20,226 nt of DNA. Source: an uncultured Nitrososphaerota archaeon (GTDB lineage Archaea; Korarchaeota; Korarchaeia; Korarchaeales; Korarchaeaceae). A program made the translations under genes and the position numbers. Location of the stretch: NCBI GenBank assembly GCA_964618805.1, contig CAZUBM010000028.1, forward strand, positions 1 through 20,226. Reading direction: 5' to 3'. This document shows positions 8,283-16,993 of this stretch, piece by piece. Below the pieces are notes generated by a model. That model searched no databases, was not told the DNA's origin, and saw nothing but the letters and a program-made list of their open reading frames with translations. Position 1 is the first letter of the stretch, and each line of letters begins with the position of its first letter.

Positions 8283-9075
8283 AGACATAATGAGTAAGCC
8301 AGGCGTTGCCATAAGCAAGGACGAGATTGTTAGCGTCGCTCTCGATCTTATGGAAAGAAAGGATGTGACCCATCTACTCGTTTTGGATAAAGAGAGAGGG
8401 CTTGTTGGCATCTTAACGGCTAGAGAAATAATGGATGGCCTTGGATCCTATAGATTCCAGAAAATCCAGGCAAGAAGAATATATGTAAGTGCTCTAATGA
8501 CTGAACCACCCATAGTCATAGAGGAGGATGAAGATGTGAGGAAAGCCACAGATACCATGATATCTCAAGGTCTCGAAATGATCCCTGTGACAAGAGGCTC
8601 TGATGTAGTTGGAGTAGTTTCAGAGACAGATGTTCTCAAATTACTGAGAGATGGAAATGAAACTACAGCAGATAGCTTGATGAACCCAAAACATCCTAGA
8701 ATTGATCCTGGGCAGAGAATTGTTCATGCTAGGACCGTTATGCTTGAAACTCAATCTCGACTCCTTCCAGTTTGTAGTGGAGACAAACTTCTAGGTATAG
8801 TTACTGAAATGGCCCTTGCAAAGGCCTTTTATCAAGTGAGGGAGAACTTCCCATCAAGGATCATGGATAGCGTCGTAAGAAGGATCATAGTCGAAGATGT
8901 AATGCTAGAAAATCCTCCTTCACTTAGGGCCTCTGATAAACTAGGAAAAATCATTCAAACGATAGTTAGCAGCGGACTTCCAGCAATACCTGTTGTAGAT
9001 TCCAGAATGCATCTTCTCGGCGTTTTAGAGAGGAGATCTCTCTTAAGAAAATTCTTATCGAAACATAAGGTCTAA
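8257..9075 (+). CDS. CBS-domain protein (four CBS repeats, more degenerate)
   Basis: VTHLLV..GILTARE; EMIPV..GVVSETD; RLLPV..GIVTEMA; PAIPV..GVLERRS. Overlaps the upstream gene by 26 bp; exact start uncertain. Confidence 0.92.
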   Translation: MPKKRLLVKDIMSKPGVAISKDEIVSVALDLMERKDVTHLLVLDKERGLVGILTAREIMDGLGSYRFQKIQARRIYVSALMTEPPIVIEEDEDVRKATDTMISQGLEMIPVTRGSDVVGVVSETDVLKLLRDGNETTADSLMNPKHPRIDPGQRIVHARTVMLETQSRLLPVCSGDKLLGIVTEMALAKAFYQVRENFPSRIMDSVVRRIIVEDVMLENPPSLRASDKLGKIIQTIVSSGLPAIPVVDSRMHLLGVLERRSLLRKFLSKHKV

Positions 9076-9894
9076 CAACATCCCTAATAGACCTAAAGCC
9101 ATGGCAATTTTCAGAAGCTTGCTAAGACTGCCTGCTATCTCAGGAGATAAATGATTTGTTTGTAACAAAACGTAAATGAGCATAAGAACTGAAATAATTG
9201 AAAATACCAGGTAAATTAGGTTCATCAATCGTAAGAAGAATGGTATGAAAGCTAACAAACAGGTTAGGGCAACTAGGCCTTTTGTAAGGGTTCTCGTCTT
9301 TCTAATTCCAAATTTGATCGGTACAGTTGAGAGTCCTGCCTTTTTGTCTCCTGGCAAGTCTTCGACGGTTTTTATTATTTCTCTTGCTAAATTAGCTGTA
9401 AAAGCTATCAATGCTAAAGTTATGGGTAGAAGGGAGATCCCTCCCGACGCTGAGATATGGCCAAAGATTATCGTGAAACCAACGCCGGTGCTCACGATGA
9501 CATTACCAATAAGGCCTTTTGCCTTGAGGGTTCGTGCGTAAAAATACCAAATTATAGCAAATGAAAGAGCTATAATGAATGGAATCCATCCCAATGGCAG
9601 AGAAATTGTTACAGCTACAAAAGAAAGGAGTACATAGGACATGAAGGCCTCCTTTCTGCTAATTATTCCTTGAGGTATGGGCCTATATGGTTTATTTATT
9701 GCATCTATTTCAAAATCAAAGAAATCGTTTATAGCATTCCCTCCCATCAACACCAGAGGCGGAACGAGCGCTACTATGAGATAATGCACTAAATCACTAC
9801 GTCCTCCAGCCAGCCATCCTATGGTCGAGCCAATAGCCGACATCACAGCATTTTTGGGTCTAAGCAGCTTTAGATAGCCTGTTACTTTCTTCAA
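9055..9894 (-). CDS. UbiA-family prenyltransferase, probably digeranylgeranylglyceryl phosphate (DGGGP) synthase
   Basis: LLRPKN, GGNAINDFFDFEIDAINKPYRPIPQG, AREIIKTVEDLPGD aspartate-rich motifs; many TM segments. Confidence 0.9.
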   Translation of the reverse strand: MKKVTGYLKLLRPKNAVMSAIGSTIGWLAGGRSDLVHYLIVALVPPLVLMGGNAINDFFDFEIDAINKPYRPIPQGIISRKEAFMSYVLLSFVAVTISLPLGWIPFIIALSFAIIWYFYARTLKAKGLIGNVIVSTGVGFTIIFGHISASGGISLLPITLALIAFTANLAREIIKTVEDLPGDKKAGLSTVPIKFGIRKTRTLTKGLVALTCLLAFIPFFLRLMNLIYLVFSIISVLMLIYVLLQTNHLSPEIAGSLSKLLKIAMALGLLGMLLDLMFR

Positions 9895-9966
9895 TCTACA
9901 TTCAACGAATCTTAATTGTCTTCTTATATTTCATTTATTGTACCTTGGTAGTCGGAGGCAACCACA

Positions 9967-10902
9967 TTGGCATCAATTAGAACAGGAGTAGTAGGCTGCG
10001 GATGGTTTGGGGAGGCCCATGCAAGAGTATATAGGGAAATACCTGGTGTAGAGCTGAAGAGCGTAGCTGATCTTAACATAGAAAGGGCTAAAAGGCTTGC
10101 ATCCATGTATGGCGCATCAGCCTATGGGTCTGTAGGGGATATGCTGAGAAGAGAAGAGCTAGATCTTGTTAGCATAGCTGTAACTCCTCAATACTTGGCT
10201 AAAACAGCAATAGAGGCAGCAGAGTACGGCGTAAACATACTTCTCGAAAAACCATTGGCGACTAAGGCATCAGATTGGAAGAACCTTCTTTCAGCCATTA
10301 GAAAAATGGATCTAATCTTCATACCTGGATTTATCGAACTATTTAACCCTGGATACAGGTTAATGAAGGAAATTGTTGATTCTGGAGATCTAGGTAGCTT
10401 ATTAACTCTCTCTTCTAAGAGAATAGGGAGATTTCCGAAGAGAAGTCTGAAGTGGGAGGTAGGGGTTACCCTAGACCTTGGGCTTCATGAGCTATATGCA
10501 CAGACTTACCTCGTAGGAAACAAACCGGTTCCAATATCCTGTTTCACCAGCAGAATGCTAAATGATGAGAATGAAGACATATCTATTATGATCCTCAAGT
10601 ACGGGGACATAGTAGGAATTATTGAATCAAATTGGCTGACCCCGATAGGGATAAGGAGTATCAGAGCTACAGCTTCAAATGGGAGCATCTGGCTCAATTA
10701 TATGAGTCAGGAAGTTGGTATCGACAGGGGGGAGGAATCTAGGATCAAAAGATCCAGATGGAAGGAACCTCTCCTTGTTGAGCTTGAGTATGCTGTAGAA
10801 TACGTTAAATTAGGAACTAAACCCGAAATAAACGAAGAATTTGCTGATATAATAATGAATACCTTATTTGAAGCCCTGAGTATGGCTAAGAGGATCCCTT
10901 GA
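9967..10902 (+). CDS. Gfo/Idh/MocA family NAD(P)-dependent oxidoreductase
   Basis: GVVGCGWFGEAH Rossmann motif, LLEKP, GFIELFNP, DLGLHE, ESNWLTP, EPLLVEL; substrate not determinable. Confidence 0.9.
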   Translation: MASIRTGVVGCGWFGEAHARVYREIPGVELKSVADLNIERAKRLASMYGASAYGSVGDMLRREELDLVSIAVTPQYLAKTAIEAAEYGVNILLEKPLATKASDWKNLLSAIRKMDLIFIPGFIELFNPGYRLMKEIVDSGDLGSLLTLSSKRIGRFPKRSLKWEVGVTLDLGLHELYAQTYLVGNKPVPISCFTSRMLNDENEDISIMILKYGDIVGIIESNWLTPIGIRSIRATASNGSIWLNYMSQEVGIDRGEESRIKRSRWKEPLLVELEYAVEYVKLGTKPEINEEFADIIMNTLFEALSMAKRIP

Positions 10903-10914
10903 GAGGACCCTAAC

Positions 10915-10923
10915 TATATTAAA
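10915..10923 (+). promoter_or_regulatory. TATA box for endA (likely leaderless)
   Basis: TATATTAAA ends about 24 nt before ATG 10947; no SD in between. Confidence 0.5.
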
Positions 10924-10946
10924 CAACGTTATGAGATATCTTCTTG

Positions 10947-12053
10947 ATGGAAGAGCCGCTGAAAATAATTGGTCATTTAAAAGGAGAGTGGGTCGAAGTA
11001 TCTGCAGATCAAAGCATATTGGACCAGCTTCAGTTGAAGGGATATGGGTTCATAAATGGCAGTTCCTTTAAGCTAAGTCTAGTTGAGGCAGCTTACTTGG
11101 CATGGACTGGGAAATTAGAGCTGTTAGGAAGCGAAGGAGGAGTGGATCCTCTACTGAGAGTACTTAGCGAGAGAAAGCCAGAAGACTTCTTAAAGTTCCT
11201 TGTCTTTCAGGATCTTAGAAGGAGGGGTAGATTGGTTAGATATGAGCCAAAGACGCCTTTTCTCCGCCTTTATCCTCCAGGAGCCACGATAGGCTCAAAA
11301 GCTGCAAACGTCTTAGTACTGCCCATGTCAGAGGACGAGCTAATCGTGCAAAATGAGGTGCTTAGGGCTGTACTCCATGCTGGGAGACTAAGGAAGAAGT
11401 TATTGCTGGCCATAGTTGGAACGGAATCGGACATAACTTATTACTATGCTGAGAACTTCATGCCAAGCAAGATAAGGGATTTTGAGATAGATTTACTCCC
11501 AAAGGCAGAAGGGATCCTTATACATGACAGAATCGTCATCTGGGACCCTGAGATCGCTTCAAAATTTTATATCAATGGTTTCTGGGGACATCCAATGGGG
11601 GTTAAGAAGCCAAGGCCTGGTAAAGAGTACAGGCTTCCCTTGCAGCTTTCCCTTGTGGAAGCAGCTTATCTTAGCATGAAAGGAACTCTGAAGATAAGAG
11701 ATTCAAAGGGCAGAGTTCTTTCAGACGAGGAGTTCATGGATATCGTAAGAAAATTCAGGTCAAAGGCTGATGCAAGGCTAGTAACCTACTCGTTCTGGCG
11801 AGACTTAGGTTATGTGGTGAAATCCTCTGCTGCTAAGTATGGTGGACATTATTTGATATATGAAAAAGGACCGGGGATAGATCATGCTCCATACCTGTGT
11901 GTGGTAAGCTATCCAGAAGAACTCATTGCACCCGTTAACCTATTAAGGGTTGGTAGAGTAGCTACCAGTGTCAATAAAACTCTAGTCATTAGTGTAGTGA
12001 AGGATTCCCACATATTGAACTATAAGATGAGGTGGGAACGGGCTCTCAGATGA
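10947..12053 (+). CDS. endA: tRNA-intron splicing endonuclease, two-unit fusion
   Basis: LSLVEAAYL occurs twice. Only the C-terminal unit has the catalytic region (KYGG..LIYEKGPGIDHAPY..RVATSVNK). Start ATG 10947 or TTG 10944. Confidence 0.95.
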   Translation: MEEPLKIIGHLKGEWVEVSADQSILDQLQLKGYGFINGSSFKLSLVEAAYLAWTGKLELLGSEGGVDPLLRVLSERKPEDFLKFLVFQDLRRRGRLVRYEPKTPFLRLYPPGATIGSKAANVLVLPMSEDELIVQNEVLRAVLHAGRLRKKLLLAIVGTESDITYYYAENFMPSKIRDFEIDLLPKAEGILIHDRIVIWDPEIASKFYINGFWGHPMGVKKPRPGKEYRLPLQLSLVEAAYLSMKGTLKIRDSKGRVLSDEEFMDIVRKFRSKADARLVTYSFWRDLGYVVKSSAAKYGGHYLIYEKGPGIDHAPYLCVVSYPEELIAPVNLLRVGRVATSVNKTLVISVVKDSHILNYKMRWERALR

Positions 12054-12055
12054 TT

Positions 12056-12964
12056 TCATATTCTTGTCAGAGGAACGGCCCCTTCTTCTGTTATTAGGAA
12101 GGTGTCCTCTTCTTGGGCAACTATTCCTCCCTTTGCCTCTATAAGCACAGGATATGAGGTTAATGCGCCTTTTTTTGTTAGAAAGGAAAGTTCCTCGTAG
12201 ACCCTGCGACCAATGGGTTTGATCAACCATCTTTCAGCAAAAGGAAGCTTTCTAAACCTACTTTCTGCTAGCATTATTATTTTCTCTTGAATTTTATTTA
12301 CAGAACGAATTTTCTTCCTTAAAGAGAAGATATATGCCTCTTTTGATGGCTTAGCTAGGCCAGGAAAATCAGGGAATGTCAAAAAAGGTTCTACCGCAAA
12401 TATGTCTCCAACCTTAAGTTTGTAATCAACTGGAACAGGGACGTTAGGGACTCCAACGCCAGCATGCAGCTTATAACGACCTATTTTATGGCCTGATAGA
12501 TTAGCTATTGTTTTAAAACCTAATTTCTTTGCCTCATCGTATATCTTTTGTCCAACTTGTTGAAGATCGGTTCCTGGCGTCATAGCTCGTCTTGCAGCCT
12601 CTAAGCAGGATCGAGCAGCATCCGCAAGCCTTTGAAGTTCGTCATTAAATACTAAGGTTCTGGCTGCATCAACTATGTAGCCCTCGATCCTTATTCCAAC
12701 ATCTAGTTTAACCAGAGAATTTTCAGGTATTTCTCTGACATCTTCTGGAGGAGATGTGTAATGGGCTGCAATTTCATTGATAGATATGTTAACTGGAAAC
12801 GCGGGGAAAAAGCCTTGTTCGATTATCTCATTTTCTATCCTCTCACAAATCTCTATCAGCCTATCTCCCGGGCGAATTCTTTTGGATTCTTCTAACAACA
12901 AATATCCGAGCGTTTTACCTATCTTAAAATATGGTTCATAATCGTTATCCCTTTTATGTGGCAT
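12056..12964 (-). CDS. map: Type II methionine aminopeptidase
   Basis: PAFPVNISINEIAAHYT, KLDVG..VDAART, NLSGH..LHAG, FAVEPF, helical insert LPFAERW, YPVLIE..VAQEEDT. Confidence 0.97.
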   Translation of the reverse strand: MPHKRDNDYEPYFKIGKTLGYLLLEESKRIRPGDRLIEICERIENEIIEQGFFPAFPVNISINEIAAHYTSPPEDVREIPENSLVKLDVGIRIEGYIVDAARTLVFNDELQRLADAARSCLEAARRAMTPGTDLQQVGQKIYDEAKKLGFKTIANLSGHKIGRYKLHAGVGVPNVPVPVDYKLKVGDIFAVEPFLTFPDFPGLAKPSKEAYIFSLRKKIRSVNKIQEKIIMLAESRFRKLPFAERWLIKPIGRRVYEELSFLTKKGALTSYPVLIEAKGGIVAQEEDTFLITEEGAVPLTRI

Positions 12965-13017
12965 AACATTCTTTGAGCCTAGGCTTCCAAATTTAATCTT
13001 GTCATGGTTGAGGGGAC

Positions 13018-13644
13018 TTGAGAGTACTTGAAATTTTGAAGGTTGGAGTCGCTTATTCGGTTAAAGAGGCTGTTCTAGCCCTTAGATTGGGAGGAGTTAT
13101 AATCTATCCAACAGATACTGTTTACGGACTAGGGGCTGATGCAGAAAACCCTGAAGCAGTCTTAAGAATTTACAGGCTTAAGAATAGGCCCACTAACAGA
13201 TTTCTCACAATAGCTGTGTGCGACATAGAGATGGCCAATAAGTATGCCATAACTGAAGGGCTAGAGCGATTGCTAAGGAAATTTTTGCCAGGAGCAGTCA
13301 CATTCATCCTACCTAAGACAGAAAGGGTGATTCCAGAGGTAAATCCTCACGCAATTGGCATCAGGATTCCAGAATCCTTCATAGCAAGGGAGATTATCAG
13401 AAGGTTTGGGAGGGCAATCACGTCTACGAGTGCCAACAAGACATCCAATCCTCCACCACATTCTTGCCTCCATGCAATCAGAGAAATCCCCGAAGCAGAT
13501 CTCGCTCTTGATTGTGGAACATTGCTCTTTAGGAAACCATCAACAATCGTGGATCTGACGAAGGGTAAACCTAGGCTTGTTCGTGAGGGTCCGGTGAGTT
13601 TTAAAGAGATAGTCAAAGTTTATAGAAGCTTGATAGGTCTATGA
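13018..13644 (+). CDS. tsaC: L-threonylcarbamoyladenylate synthase, single-domain TsaC/YrdC type
   Basis: YPTDTVYGLGAD, LKNRP, PGAVTFIL, IGIRIP, TSTSAN, PSTIVD, REG; 208 aa, no SUA5 C-terminal domain. Confidence 0.95.
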   Translation: MRVLEILKVGVAYSVKEAVLALRLGGVIIYPTDTVYGLGADAENPEAVLRIYRLKNRPTNRFLTIAVCDIEMANKYAITEGLERLLRKFLPGAVTFILPKTERVIPEVNPHAIGIRIPESFIAREIIRRFGRAITSTSANKTSNPPPHSCLHAIREIPEADLALDCGTLLFRKPSTIVDLTKGKPRLVREGPVSFKEIVKVYRSLIGL

Positions 13645-14636
13645 TCGCTTTAGGCATAGAAAGCACCGCCCATACCTTTGGAGTTGGCATAGCAGACGAT
13701 AGAGGAAGGATCCTAGCTAATGTCAACGAAGTTTTTCGGACAGAAAGGGGTGGTATGAAGCCGATCGAGGTAACAGAACACCATTACCGAGATGCAAAGG
13801 ATGTCGTGTCGCGCGCCATCGAAGAAAGCGGCATTGATTATGAAAATATCGAGCTAATAGGTTTTTCAAGAGGTCCTGGATTAGGTTCAACGCTCCTTGT
13901 GGGAGCCATTGTAGCTAGAACTTTGGCTGAGAGGCTTAGAGTGCCTTTGGTAGGAGTAAATCATGCGATAGCCCATATTGAGATAGGAAGACTTGTAGCT
14001 AGAGCTCAAGATCCTCTTATCGTATTTGTATCTGGAGGAAATACCCAGATCATGGTCAACTCTGGCAGAGCATTTAGAATAATTGGGGAGACCTTGGACA
14101 TAGGCCTAGGAAATGCCCTTGATAAAGTAGGAAGAGGGGTAGGCTTGCCCTTTCCAGCCGGTCAGATTATGGATAGCATAGAGGGTAAATGGATCTCTTT
14201 ACCCTATACTGTGAAAGGCATGGATCTTGCTTTTAGCGGGATCGTAACTGAGGCATTAAGGAGATATAAAGGAGGCACAAGTGCTGAGGATGTTGTCTGG
14301 AGTTTTATGGAAGTTACTTTCTCCATGCTCGTAGAAGCAAGTGAAAGGGCCCTGGCTTACACTAAGAAAGACGAACTTCTCCTTGTAGGAGGAGTTGCTG
14401 CTTCTCCTAGGCTTAGAGAGAAGATGCAATTGATGTGTGAGGACAGGGGTGTAAGATTGAGGGTAACCCCACCAGAGTACTCGAGGGATAATGGTGCTAT
14501 GATCGCATACACTTCAATCCTTTGTTATAAGATTCATGGTCCGCTTAAGCTGGAAGAAAGCGCTATAAAACCAAGGTGGAGAGTGGATGATGTCGATTGG
14601 CCTCTTTTGCCACTTCCACAACTAGATGATGCTTAA
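13641..14636 (+). CDS. kae1: KEOPS subunit Kae1 (t6A37 threonylcarbamoyltransferase)
   Basis: LGIESTAHTFGVG, GPGLG, VNHAIAHIEIG, VSGGNTQ, ETLDIGLGNALD, PYTVKGMDLAFSG, RDNGAMIA; not fused to Bud32. Confidence 0.98.
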   Translation: MIALGIESTAHTFGVGIADDRGRILANVNEVFRTERGGMKPIEVTEHHYRDAKDVVSRAIEESGIDYENIELIGFSRGPGLGSTLLVGAIVARTLAERLRVPLVGVNHAIAHIEIGRLVARAQDPLIVFVSGGNTQIMVNSGRAFRIIGETLDIGLGNALDKVGRGVGLPFPAGQIMDSIEGKWISLPYTVKGMDLAFSGIVTEALRRYKGGTSAEDVVWSFMEVTFSMLVEASERALAYTKKDELLLVGGVAASPRLREKMQLMCEDRGVRLRVTPPEYSRDNGAMIAYTSILCYKIHGPLKLEESAIKPRWRVDDVDWPLLPLPQLDDA

Positions 14637-14702
14637 AAGATTGTTATGTACCTAACAAAAGTGAACTGAAAACCTGAAGACAATGAGACGGAGGGAACAT
14701 AG

Positions 14703-15281
14703 TTGAAGATATGTATTTCTGGCTTCACTGGCAGTGGTAAAAGCACTTTAGGCAGAAAACTTGCTAAATATTACAAAATTCCTTATTATTCAGGAGGAGA
14801 CGCCCTGAAGAGAATAATCGCCGGTAATGAGAGAGCAAAGGATGTTGGTTGGTGGGAAAGGGATGTTGGAGCCATAGCAATGAAAATGAGGAAGAAAGAC
14901 CCTTCTTTTGATAGAAAGGTCGATGAAGAACTTATAAGAATAGCTAAAGAAGAAGGAGATGTTGTTCTTGACTCATGGACGATGCCTTACTTGCTGAGGG
15001 CGGAGGATAAAGTGGCAATCTTTCTAAAGGCTGATGTTAAGGAGAGAGCTCGGAGAGTCATGAGGAGAGATGGAATTCCATATGAGGAAGCTGTTAGAAG
15101 GATAAAGTTAAAGGACGATGAGTCGATAGAGATTTATGAATCCATATATGGATTCAAGCTTGGTGAAGATCTATCTCCTTTTCACCTGGTGTTGGACAAC
15201 ACCAGGCTTGAAGCTAAACAGACGTTTGAGATAGTTCTCTCCTTTATTGAGGCATGGTTTGAGAAGAGGGTTCGTAAATAA
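14703..15281 (+). CDS. cmk: Archaeal cytidylate kinase
   Basis: ISGFTGSGKST P-loop, SGG, DRKVD, ERARRVMRRDG, IYG..DLSPFHLVLD; TTG start after GGAGGG. Confidence 0.9.
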   Translation: MKICISGFTGSGKSTLGRKLAKYYKIPYYSGGDALKRIIAGNERAKDVGWWERDVGAIAMKMRKKDPSFDRKVDEELIRIAKEEGDVVLDSWTMPYLLRAEDKVAIFLKADVKERARRVMRRDGIPYEEAVRRIKLKDDESIEIYESIYGFKLGEDLSPFHLVLDNTRLEAKQTFEIVLSFIEAWFEKRVRK

Positions 15282-15319
15282 GGAAGTTAGAGTTTAAGGT
15301 AATCCAGTTCCTCGCTTGC

Positions 15320-16012
15320 ATGGTGATGATAGTGAGACTGACTCGCAGTCAGATTGCAAGACTTATAGATCACACGAAGTTAAGCCCACAAACAACGCCA
15401 GATGATATCAGAAAGCTAGTAGAAGAGGCGAAGAAGTATAATTTCTATTCAGTTTGTGTAAATCCCTTTTATGTACCTCTGGTGAAGCAGTTGGTTGAGG
15501 GCTCCCAGATAAAAGTCTGTACGACGATAGGCTTTCCATTAGGCTCTACTTTTAGGGAAGTTAAGGCATTTGAAGCCGAAATAGCGGGAACAGAAGGGGC
15601 TGATGAAGTGGACATGGTAATAAATATCGGAGCCATTAAGGCAGGCGACCAAGACACTGTTAGAGACGATATAAGGGCAGTAGTGGATGCATTTAGATCC
15701 GTTAAACCGGATGGAGTGATCAAGGTGATTTTAGAAACGGGCCTTCTCACGAAAGAGGAAATCGTGATGGGATGCAAGCTGGCAGAGGAGGCTGGCGCGA
15801 ATTTTGTTAAAACTTGCACTGGCTTTGGTCCGAGAGGAGCAACCGTAGAAGATGTAAAGATCATGAAGGAAGCTGTTGGTGACAGGCTTGGAGTGAAGGC
15901 AGCTGGAGGAATAAGAACTTATGAGCAGGCTATTGCGATGATTGAGGCAGGAGCAACGCGTATTGGAACTAGTTCCAGCGTAAATATAGTGTTAGAAGCT
16001 CCTGAAGGATGA
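15320..16012 (+). CDS. deoC: Deoxyribose-phosphate aldolase
   Basis: IDHTKL, SVCVNP, IGFPLG, GADEVDMVINIG, KVILETG, FVKTCTGF, VKAAGGIR, RIGTSS. True start may be a few codons later. Confidence 0.97.
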   Translation: MVMIVRLTRSQIARLIDHTKLSPQTTPDDIRKLVEEAKKYNFYSVCVNPFYVPLVKQLVEGSQIKVCTTIGFPLGSTFREVKAFEAEIAGTEGADEVDMVINIGAIKAGDQDTVRDDIRAVVDAFRSVKPDGVIKVILETGLLTKEEIVMGCKLAEEAGANFVKTCTGFGPRGATVEDVKIMKEAVGDRLGVKAAGGIRTYEQAIAMIEAGATRIGTSSSVNIVLEAPEG

Positions 16013-16096
16013 AGGTCGGAATAGCAACTTGAGCCATCTTTATTACCTCCCACATGGAAGTAAGATTGAGGAATCGCACTTGGAAGGGTAGGTATC

Positions 16097-16993
16097 ATGG
16101 CTATAGACGATGAAGTACAAGAAATTAAGCAAAGATATGGGATAGTGGGAAGAGATTCTGAAATAAGAAAGGTACTCATGGCTATTAAAGCTGGTAAACA
16201 CGTCCTACTTGAAGGATCTGTGGGAATAGGCAAGACATTGCTGGCAAGATCGATTGCAGAGTACCTGAAGCGAGGTTTCATTAGGGTAGATGGAGACGAG
16301 AGACTTACTGAGGGGAAGCTCATTGGATACTGGGATCCGCCTATGGTCATAAACAAGGGATACGTAAAGGAAGCGTTTATTGAAGGTCCCCTGACAAGAG
16401 CTGCATTATCTGGAAGTGTACTGTTCATTAACGAGCTGAATAGGCTCTCTGAATCAGCTCAAAACGCTCTACTTCCGGTCATGGATGAAGGGATTATCTC
16501 GATACCCCATTTTGGCACGCTTAAGGCAAAGAAAGAGTTCATCATAATAGCTACTCAAAATCCTGAGGAAAGCATTGGTGTTACGAGACTTTCAGAAGCC
16601 CTTAAGGATAGATTCGTTTTAGTAAGGTTGGATTATCAGTCAGAAGAGGAGGAAAAGGAAATCGTTAGGCAAAGAGCTGGCGTGGAAAAAGAAGATATAA
16701 TCTCCTACAGCGTTAAGATAGTTAGAAAGACTAGAGAGGACCCAAACATTAGGAGAGGAGCTTCCGTAAGGGCTGCAATAGATATGGCCTTATTAGCAAA
16801 GACCTACAATAGAGACCTGTCCCCTGAAGACTGGCTGGAGATAGCTCTAATGATTCTTCCAGAGAGAATAGATGTAAGAGAAGACTTGAAGCCTAGGAGA
16901 GAGGAAATAATCAGAAGGATTGTTGAAAAGGTTTTAGGAGAGGAAGTTGTAGAGGAAAATTTTCTCTTTCTGAGGGGCCAAGAGCCCCGATGA
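16097..16993 (+). CDS. MoxR-family AAA+ ATPase
   Basis: HVLLEGSVGIGKT Walker A, EGPL, VLFINELNR variant Walker B, QNALL, IATQNP, LSEALKDRF, ASVRAAID. Confidence 0.93.
   Translation: MAIDDEVQEIKQRYGIVGRDSEIRKVLMAIKAGKHVLLEGSVGIGKTLLARSIAEYLKRGFIRVDGDERLTEGKLIGYWDPPMVINKGYVKEAFIEGPLTRAALSGSVLFINELNRLSESAQNALLPVMDEGIISIPHFGTLKAKKEFIIIATQNPEESIGVTRLSEALKDRFVLVRLDYQSEEEEKEIVRQRAGVEKEDIISYSVKIVRKTREDPNIRRGASVRAAIDMALLAKTYNRDLSPEDWLEIALMILPERIDVREDLKPRREEIIRRIVEKVLGEEVVEENFLFLRGQEPR
16957..16990 (+). other. Candidate -1 programmed frameshift signal
   Basis: In-frame X_XXY_YYZ heptamer A_AAT_TTT (16957-16963); hairpin GGGGC-CAAGA-GCCCC (16974-16988); -1 frame open into the VWA gene. Confidence 0.5.

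Noticed and set aside
9055-12056. Convergent overlap of CBS gene and ubiA (21 bp) and 2-bp gap between endA and map as antisense regulation
   Set aside because: Ordinary for compact archaeal genomes; no further signal.
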